The notes beneath the pieces were generated by a model. The model was not told the origin of the DNA and ran no database searches. It saw only the letters and a list, made by a program, of their open reading frames with translations. Of a DNA stretch of 42,840 nucleotides, positions 9,243-15,542 are shown in pieces. Within the stretch, counting starts at the first letter, position 1. Every line of letters starts with the position of its first letter. The stretch lies in contig CACFGR010000002.1 in the NCBI GenBank assembly GCA_902565955.1, positions 1 through 42,840 on the forward strand, written 5' to 3'. A program made the translations under genes and the position numbers. The stretch comes from an uncultured Pelagibacteraceae bacterium. GTDB taxonomy: Bacteria; Pseudomonadota; Alphaproteobacteria; Pelagibacterales; AG-422-B15.

Positions 9243-9970
9243 GAAATTATGAATTGGATGACAATAAATATTACAAAGCAAGATTAGGATTGATCGTTCT
9301 TCAGAGCGATGAAACTATCGAGCAAGAATTCAGAACCATTCTTGATCAAAGTGTAACAATCAATCACTCACGCATTTACTGCGACAATATTGTAAGTAAT
9401 GAAAATCTTGGACTTATGGAAAAAGAATTGCCAGCAGCATCTGCGTTATTACCTGATATCCGGTATGATAGTATTGGATATGCTTGTACATCAGGTGCAA
9501 CAGTTATTGGCTCTGATAAAATTGAAAAACTTATAAATAAAAAACATAAATCGGCATTTGTAACTGATCCAATAAGAGCTGTAAAAAAAGCTATGAGTAC
9601 GTTAGGCTGTAGAAAAATAAATTTTGTATCACCTTATCAAGAGTCGGTGACAAAATCTTTATGTGATCATTTGCATGCTAATGATTTTATAATTCAAAAC
9701 CAAATTTCTTTTAATGAATCCGATGATAGGAATGTTGCAAGGATCTCAGATAAAGACAGCCTAGAAGCTATAATAGAAGTTGGTAAACAGGATTGTGAAG
9801 CAGTATTTATTTCATGTACTAACCTTAAAACATTTAAAATTATCAATAAAGCAGAGAAAATATTAGATAAACCAGTGATCTCGTCTAATCAGGCGATTAG
9901 CTGGCAAATGCTAAGAGAAGCTGGAATTGATAGTCCGGCTGGCCCAGGAATTCTTTTTTCAAAACATTAG
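9239..9970 (+). CDS. Asp/Glu/hydantoin racemase superfamily protein, maleate cis-trans isomerase-like
   Basis: 243 aa. Two catalytic-type cysteines sit in GYACTSG and FISCTNL contexts. Its start overlaps the upstream stop (ATGA). Confidence 0.75.
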   Translation: MRNYELDDNKYYKARLGLIVLQSDETIEQEFRTILDQSVTINHSRIYCDNIVSNENLGLMEKELPAASALLPDIRYDSIGYACTSGATVIGSDKIEKLINKKHKSAFVTDPIRAVKKAMSTLGCRKINFVSPYQESVTKSLCDHLHANDFIIQNQISFNESDDRNVARISDKDSLEAIIEVGKQDCEAVFISCTNLKTFKIINKAEKILDKPVISSNQAISWQMLREAGIDSPAGPGILFSKH

Positions 9971-10593
9971 CTAAGAGCTAACCAGATACCAACGCCCACC
10001 ATTAAGAAACCTGCTAACCCGTTAATAAGTCTAATATTATTTTGTTTTTTTAACATAATGCCTAAAGCTTGACCTCCAGTTGCGTAAATCATAAGTGAAA
10101 TAAACTCAATTATAAGAATAATTATTACAAGCGCTGACATTTGCGGGATTAAATTTGCTTCGTAATTAATAAATGCAGGGACCATTGCAATAAAAAATGC
10201 CCAACCTTTTGGATTCGCAACAGCAGTTATAAAACCTTGCATTGCTAACTTAAAAAAAGTTATTTCAAATGAGTGTGAACCATCCAAATTTAATGCTAGT
10301 GATCCTCTTGAGTTAATCATCTGATAACCAACAAACATCAAATAAAGACCTCCTCCATATTTGAAAACGGCAAATGCAATTGGAAAAGATGAGATGACCG
10401 CTCCACCTCCTACCACCGCTGTACCTGCCACAATTAAAACTCCTATTAATTCTCCAACCATCATTTTCATTGTATTTTTTACACCTATTGTAATTCCCAT
10501 TGTTAAAGCAAGTGTCATGCATAAACCTGGAGTAATGGATATTATAAAAAAAACTGGTATGAAAAAGTAGAGTAATGAGAAATCAAAGATCAT
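9967..10593 (-). CDS. LysE/RhtB family amino-acid exporter
   Basis: 208 aa with six TM segments. It has the N-terminal ITPG motif and the central NPKGWAFF motif typical of the family. Confidence 0.85.
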   Translation of the reverse strand: MIFDFSLLYFFIPVFFIISITPGLCMTLALTMGITIGVKNTMKMMVGELIGVLIVAGTAVVGGGAVISSFPIAFAVFKYGGGLYLMFVGYQMINSRGSLALNLDGSHSFEITFFKLAMQGFITAVANPKGWAFFIAMVPAFINYEANLIPQMSALVIIILIIEFISLMIYATGGQALGIMLKKQNNIRLINGLAGFLMVGVGIWLALS

Positions 10594-10735
10594 AAGAACG
10601 AGCAGTAGTGTTTAAGAGGGCAAAAAAAACGGGGCGCAACACAAACCCCTAAAGGTCTCCATTCCGCCCCGAAACTCGGCCTCCCGCCGACAAACTCCCC
10701 GAAGGGCTTTCGTTCTTTGTTCGTCCGATGAAAAA
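10594..10735 (-). promoter_or_regulatory. structured GC-rich 5' leader of the LysE-family gene; candidate riboswitch or attenuator, class unassigned
   Basis: G+C is 50 of 80 nt (62%, hand count) in 10631-10710, against about 30% around it. The leader contains a cUUCGg hairpin, a UCGGC/GCCGA hairpin, a terminator stem with U8, and an 8-nt complement to the bases just before the AUG. Confidence 0.6.
10622..10671 (-). terminator. intrinsic terminator inside the LysE leader
   Basis: On the minus-strand RNA, CGGGGCG (10671-10665) pairs with CGCCCCG (10636-10630). The 28-nt loop contains a small inner hairpin, and U8 follows directly (10629-10622). Confidence 0.7.
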
Positions 10736-10744
10736 ATATTAGCA
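10736..10744 (-). promoter_or_regulatory. candidate extended -10 promoter element (TGCTAATAT) for the LysE leader
   Basis: The minus strand reads TGC-TAATAT, with TTTAAA 17 nt upstream. This would place the transcription start near 10729, at the 5' edge of the GC-rich element. Such hexamers are common in AT-rich sequence. Confidence 0.3.
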
Positions 10745-10775
10745 AAAAGGAAAAATAATTTAAATAAGTTTTATT

Positions 10776-10806
10776 AAAAAAACACCTTATACGATGTGGA
10801 TAAGTG
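10776..10806 (-). terminator. weak candidate terminator for the DUF2061 gene
   Basis: The minus-strand RNA forms CACUUAU / 9-nt loop / AUAAGGUG (7 bp, one bulge) followed by U7. The stem is AT-rich and weak. Confidence 0.3.
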
Positions 10807-10811
10807 GATAA
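10796..10811. repeat. tandem direct repeat (GTGGATAA)x2, forming two DnaA-box-like 9-mers
   Basis: TGTGGATAA (10795-10803) matches the DnaA box consensus perfectly on the complementary strand. AGTGGATAA (10803-10811) differs at one position. Confidence 0.5.
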
Positions 10812-10855
10812 ATAGTTTTTACTATAAGAATCAATATTTAATAAAAAATACTTAA

Positions 10856-11080
10856 TTATGATTCCATACCCCAAGATAAAGAATTCCATATTCTTTCATG
10901 AAAATAATAAATAGTTACCTTTGTAATAACTTCCAATGCAGCAATTAAACCGGCAGTTTCAAGAACTGAAAAATCTGATTTTAAAATTACTAAGTAACTG
11001 ATTAAGAATGTATCTGCTGTTGCCGTTACTCTCCAGGTAAGAGCCTTTACTAATGATCTTTTTTTTGAACTGTTTGGCAC
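10856..11080 (-). CDS. DUF2061 family small membrane protein
   Basis: 74 aa with KALTWRV...TF and a C-terminal YYFHERIW, as remembered for DUF2061. Confidence 0.7.
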   Translation of the reverse strand: MPNSSKKRSLVKALTWRVTATADTFLISYLVILKSDFSVLETAGLIAALEVITKVTIYYFHERIWNSLSWGMES

Positions 11081-11157
11081 AATATTTAATTAGTTATCTA
11101 ATAAAGATTTTTCAAATGATAGTATCTTTATATTTGTTTAAAAATTAAACTATTGAT

Positions 11158-12360
11158 TTAACTTGCCATTTTGACTAGTGGTGATTCTTTTATTGGAAAA
11201 TGAACGATTGCAGAAGCAAACCCTAAAATAACACAAGCCCACCACATAATATCATAAGAACCATAGTAATCGTAAAATCTACCACCAAACCATGACCCAA
11301 CAAACGAACCGACTTGGTGAGATAAAAAAGTAAAACCATATAGCATAGACATATACTTGGATCCAAAAATGACTGATATAATTCCACTGGTAAGAGGCAC
11401 TGTAGATAGCCATAGTATCCCAAGAAGTGATGCAAAAATTAAAACAGTAATTTCAGTTTTAGGCAAAAAGATAAATACCAAGAACAGTAAGGCACGTAAA
11501 GTGTATAGAATTACTAGGAGATTTTTTTTGGACCTTAGGTCACCTAAGTGACCGAAAACAAGCGTACCTATTACATTAAATAAACCGATTAGTGCTAAGG
11601 ACCAGGAACCAATCCACATGGGCAACGATAAATCATCAAGATATGCGGGTAGATGTGTTGCTATAAACGATATATGAAAACCACAAACAAAAAAACCAAT
11701 TGTCAGTAAGACATAGCTTTTATTTGCAAAGGCTTCATTTAAGACAGATACTAAAGATCTATTAACTTCATCATCTTTTCCACTTATTGACGAATGCTTT
11801 GTTAAGACAAGAGAAAATAAAATCATAATGAGTGAAATAAAACAAAGATATAAAATTGATCTTTGCCAATCACTCATTTCAATTAAGAAGCCTGTAAGAG
11901 GAACTATTAAAAATTGACCCAGCGAACCTGCAGCCATTACTACACCTAGAGATAATGTTTGATATTTACCTGTTACAGCTTTTCCAACAGCCCCTAATAT
12001 TACAGCTGTACCACATCCAGCGCATCCAAATCCAAAAATTACTTGTGAAATGATTAGAAGGAATGACCCTTCAACAAGTGACATCAAGTAAAGTCCAATT
12101 AAAAAGAAAATTACTCCTAATAGGCCAGCAACCGATGAACTATATTTATCCGCTATAGCACCAAAAATTGGGGATCCAATTCCAATCATTAGAAATTGTA
12201 TTGCAATAGCAAACCCAAATACTTCTCTCCCAGTTTGTATATGCTCAGAAATTGGGATTAAATAAAGCCCGGAAGAATGTCTTATACCAAATGAGACAAG
12301 CAAAAGTATGCAGCCACCAATAATCACTAATGTTGAATATGAATGTCTAAATAACTGCAT
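11158..12360 (-). CDS. MFS transporter
   Basis: 400 aa with about 12 TM segments. It contains a G-x-x-x-D-K/R-type loop (GAIADKYSS) and a second-half LGDLRSKK loop. Confidence 0.85.
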   Translation of the reverse strand: MQLFRHSYSTLVIIGGCILLLVSFGIRHSSGLYLIPISEHIQTGREVFGFAIAIQFLMIGIGSPIFGAIADKYSSSVAGLLGVIFFLIGLYLMSLVEGSFLLIISQVIFGFGCAGCGTAVILGAVGKAVTGKYQTLSLGVVMAAGSLGQFLIVPLTGFLIEMSDWQRSILYLCFISLIMILFSLVLTKHSSISGKDDEVNRSLVSVLNEAFANKSYVLLTIGFFVCGFHISFIATHLPAYLDDLSLPMWIGSWSLALIGLFNVIGTLVFGHLGDLRSKKNLLVILYTLRALLFLVFIFLPKTEITVLIFASLLGILWLSTVPLTSGIISVIFGSKYMSMLYGFTFLSHQVGSFVGSWFGGRFYDYYGSYDIMWWACVILGFASAIVHFPIKESPLVKMAS

Positions 12361-12406
12361 ACTTTAATTTATATACTTCCAACGTCGAATTGATACTATA
12401 AATCAT

Positions 12407-12571
12407 ATGATATTTACAATTGTATACCTTCTGATTTTAGTGATGCTCCTATCCATGGTGATTTATAAACAGGTAAACAAAATTGAAAGTACAAGGGCAT
12501 TTAACGAAAGAACAATGCTTGTCTTATGGCTTGTACTTGGGATGGTAGGTCTAATTACAGGTGGGCTTTAA
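12407..12571 (+). CDS. candidate small membrane protein, 54 aa, two TM helices (not in the supplied ORF track)
   Basis: My hand translation gives MIFTIVYLLILVMLLSMVIYKQVNKIESTRAFNERTMLVLWLVLGMVGLITGGL. It fills an otherwise unusually long 217-nt spacer. Confidence 0.4.
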   Translation: MIFTIVYLLILVMLLSMVIYKQVNKIESTRAFNERTMLVLWLVLGMVGLITGGL

Positions 12572-12577
12572 ATATAT

Positions 12578-13594
12578 TTATCCATTACGGTAGGTATATG
12601 AGTAGCCATTAATAGCTGGAACTCCACCAAGGTGAGCATAGAGTATTTTAGATCCTTTTTTAAAGTAACCTTTCCTGGCTAAATCAATCATTCCTTGCAT
12701 AGATTTGCCCTCATAAACAGGATCAGTTATCATAGCTTCAGTTTTTGCTGCCATACGAATTGCCTCATTAGTTTCTTCGCTCGGAACTCCGTATGCTGGA
12801 TATGCATAGTCAGGAATTATTATTATTTCATCATCTCTAATTGTTCTTCCAAGTTCAACTAAATCAGCTGTATTGTCTACAATTTCTCTTACTTGCTTTA
12901 CTAATTTATCCGGTGTACCCGATCCATCAATGCCTATAACTCTGTGTGCACGATCATCCTCTGCGAACCCAACGATCATCCCTGCCTGAGTTGAGCCAGT
13001 AACTACACACACAATGATGTAATCAAATTTTAATGACATCTCTTTTTCTTGCATTCGAACTTCTTCAGCAAATCCTACGTATCCCAGTCCACCATATTTA
13101 TGCACAGATGCCCCAGCTGGAATTGCATAAGGCTTACCACCGCTATCTTTCACTGATTGAATTGCGTCTTCCCAACTTTTTCTAATCCCAATATCAAAAC
13201 CGTCAGATACTAACCTGCTGTCTGCTCCCATCAAACGCGTCATTAAGATATTACCAACACGATCATAAACTGCATCTTCATGAGGAACCCAACTTTCTTG
13301 AACAACAACACACTTCATTCCGATTTTAGCTGCAGTTGCAGCTACCATTCTAGTATGGTTAGATTGAACACCGCCAATTGAAACTAATGTATCAGCTCCG
13401 GATGCAATAGCATCTGGAACAATGTATTCTAGTTTTCTTAGTTTATTCCCACCCATAGCCAGACCTGAATTACAGTCATCTCTTTTTGCATATATCTCAA
13501 CATCAGCGCCTATTGCTTCAGTCAAACGCGGCAGATACTCAATTGGAGTCGGTCCGTAAGTAAGTGAATATTTCTCAAATTTATCTAAATTCAT
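12578..13594 (-). CDS. acdS: 1-aminocyclopropane-1-carboxylate deaminase
   Basis: 338 aa. By direct counting, Lys51 (GGNK), Ser78 (VQSN), Tyr294-Glu295 (PVYEGKS) and Leu322 (AHLGG) sit at the positions remembered for Pseudomonas AcdS. Confidence 0.85.
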   Translation of the reverse strand: MNLDKFEKYSLTYGPTPIEYLPRLTEAIGADVEIYAKRDDCNSGLAMGGNKLRKLEYIVPDAIASGADTLVSIGGVQSNHTRMVAATAAKIGMKCVVVQESWVPHEDAVYDRVGNILMTRLMGADSRLVSDGFDIGIRKSWEDAIQSVKDSGGKPYAIPAGASVHKYGGLGYVGFAEEVRMQEKEMSLKFDYIIVCVVTGSTQAGMIVGFAEDDRAHRVIGIDGSGTPDKLVKQVREIVDNTADLVELGRTIRDDEIIIIPDYAYPAYGVPSEETNEAIRMAAKTEAMITDPVYEGKSMQGMIDLARKGYFKKGSKILYAHLGGVPAINGYSYTYRNG

Positions 13595-13640
13595 AGCTAT
13601 CAGATTATAGAAAAATTTTTCAATGAAAATAACTTTAAAA

Positions 13641-13730
13641 TGGCGGAAAGGATGGGATTCGAACCCACGATACGGTCACCCGCATACACGCTTTCCAAGC
13701 GTGCGCCTTCAACCACTCGGCCACCTTTCC
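13641..13730 (-). tRNA. tRNA-Ser (anticodon GGA), CCA encoded
   Basis: Hand-folded cloverleaf: acceptor GGAAAGG/CCTTTCC, anticodon stem CACGC/GCGTG with loop TTGGAAA, a long variable arm and a GGTTCGAATCC T-loop. Confidence 0.9.
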
Positions 13731-15530
13731 TTATTCAACTTTTAAAGCAGCAATAAAGGCTTCTTGTGGAATATCGACCTTACCGTAAGTCCTAAGTCTC
13801 TGTTTTCCTTTTTTCTGCTTATCAAGTAATTTTCTTTTTCTATCAGTAGCTCCGCCACCATGTATTCTCTCAATAACATTTTTGCGGTAGCCCCTGACAG
13901 TTTCGCGAGCAATAATTTTTCCACCAATTGCTGCCTGGATTGGAATATGGAATTGATGACGAGGAATTAATTCTTTTAATTTTTCACATACTGCTCGACC
14001 TTTTTTTTCGGAAAAGCTTCGGTGAACAATGATAGATAGCGCATCTACTGACTCATCATTTACCAATATGCTTAGTCTTACCAAATCACTTTCAACATAC
14101 TCATCAATCTCATAATCAAAGCTTGCATATCCACTAGAAATCGACTTTAAGCGATCGTAGAAATCAAAAACAATTTCATTTAAAGGTAATTTATAATTTA
14201 GAATTACTCTTGATCCAGAATAAGATAATTCTGTTTGCATTCCTCTCTTATCTTCACAGAGAGATATGATGCTACCTAAATATTCATCAGGACAAATAAT
14301 TGTTGCTTTAATCCAAGGTTCAGAAATACTTTTAATTTTCATAACTTCAGGCATATCTGCTGGGTTATGTAATTCAAGTGAGCTTCCATCATTTAATACT
14401 AAATTGTAAATAACACTTGGAGCTGTGGTTATTAGATCCAAATTGAACTCTCTATCAAGTCTCTCGACAATAATTTCTAAATGTAATAATCCAAGAAAAC
14501 CACATCTAAAACCCATTCCAAGAGCTGCTGACGTTTCTTGTTCGAAATGAAAACTGGAGTCGTTAAGCTTTAACTTTGCTAACGCATCTTTTAAGAATTT
14601 AAAATCTGCAGCATTTGTTGGAAATAATCCACAAAATACTACCGGCTGACTTGGCTTGAAGCCAGGTAAAGGCTCTGTTTGTTTATCGTTAGCTAATAGT
14701 ATTGTATCCCCAACCTTAGTTTGTGCTACTTCTTTTATTGCAGCAGTTATAAAACCTAATTCACCAGTATTGATGTACTCGTTATCAATCATTTTTGGAG
14801 TGAAACAGCCAATTCTTTCAATTAAATGTTTTGTATTAGTTTGATGAAAACGAACCTCCATACCTTTTTTTAGAATTCCATCTATCACTCGAACCAATAT
14901 TACAACACCTAGGTAAGCATCATACCAACTATCTACTAACATTGCTTTTAATTGTTTACTTTCATCACCTACCGGAGATGGTAATTCGTTTACAATATTT
15001 TCTAATACATCTTCAATTCCAAGACCTGATTTAGCAGAAATTTCAAGTACGTTACTGGTATCAATACCTAAAATATCTTCTATTTGTTTTTTTACTCTCT
15101 CGGGGTCAGCTGCTGGTAAATCTATTTTATTTAAAACAGGTATAATTACATGATCATTTTCTACTGCTTGATATAAATTAGCTAATGTTTGAGCTTCAAC
15201 ACCCTGACTAGCATCAACAACTAAAAGTGATCCTTCGCAAGCAGATAATGATCTGTTAACTTCGTAACTGAAGTCAACATGGCCAGGCGTATCAATAATA
15301 TTAAGTGTGTACGTTTCGCCATTTTTCGCTTTATATTTTAATTGTACAGTTTGAGCCTTGATTGTTATTCCACGTTCTCTCTCAATATCCATTGAATCAA
15401 GTACCTGCGCTTTCATTTCTCGTTCAGAAAGCCCGCCACAGAATTGGATCAATCTATCTGCTAAAGTAGATTTTCCATGATCAATATGAGCGATAATAGA
15501 AAAATTTCTTATGTTTTTAGTGCCAGTCAT
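13731..15530 (-). CDS. lepA: elongation factor 4 (LepA)
   Basis: 599 aa with G1 AHIDHGKST and DTPGH. The EF4 length and C-terminal domain are canonical. Confidence 0.97.
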   Translation of the reverse strand: MTGTKNIRNFSIIAHIDHGKSTLADRLIQFCGGLSEREMKAQVLDSMDIERERGITIKAQTVQLKYKAKNGETYTLNIIDTPGHVDFSYEVNRSLSACEGSLLVVDASQGVEAQTLANLYQAVENDHVIIPVLNKIDLPAADPERVKKQIEDILGIDTSNVLEISAKSGLGIEDVLENIVNELPSPVGDESKQLKAMLVDSWYDAYLGVVILVRVIDGILKKGMEVRFHQTNTKHLIERIGCFTPKMIDNEYINTGELGFITAAIKEVAQTKVGDTILLANDKQTEPLPGFKPSQPVVFCGLFPTNAADFKFLKDALAKLKLNDSSFHFEQETSAALGMGFRCGFLGLLHLEIIVERLDREFNLDLITTAPSVIYNLVLNDGSSLELHNPADMPEVMKIKSISEPWIKATIICPDEYLGSIISLCEDKRGMQTELSYSGSRVILNYKLPLNEIVFDFYDRLKSISSGYASFDYEIDEYVESDLVRLSILVNDESVDALSIIVHRSFSEKKGRAVCEKLKELIPRHQFHIPIQAAIGGKIIARETVRGYRKNVIERIHGGGATDRKRKLLDKQKKGKQRLRTYGKVDIPQEAFIAALKVE

Positions 15531-15542
15531 AATATTTTTAGT

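Noticed and set aside
10594-10735. Assignment of the leader to the yybP-ykoY (Mn2+) riboswitch, because of GGGGAGU..GUCGG and GAGACCUUU
   Set aside because: The span between the two strands is only about 55 nt, too short for the four-helix architecture. I see no counterpart of the second conserved loop. The resemblance rests on my memory of one sequence, so I kept it only as something for cmscan to test.
10736-10860. Replication origin (oriC), because of the DnaA boxes in an AT-rich spacer
   Set aside because: There are only two adjacent boxes. There is no dnaA, hemE, dnaN or parAB context, no array of boxes, and no distinct unwinding-element repeats. The whole genome is AT-rich, so AT-richness carries no information here.
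10590-10889. 99-aa ORF in the track (minus strand) spanning the LysE leader
   Set aside because: Its N-terminal half is AT-driven low complexity. Its C-terminal half (…GGRPSFGAEWRPLGVCVAPRFFCPLKH) is just the translation of the GC-rich hairpins and the U-tract. It also overlaps the DUF2061 gene end and runs into the LysE start. It is better explained as structured RNA.
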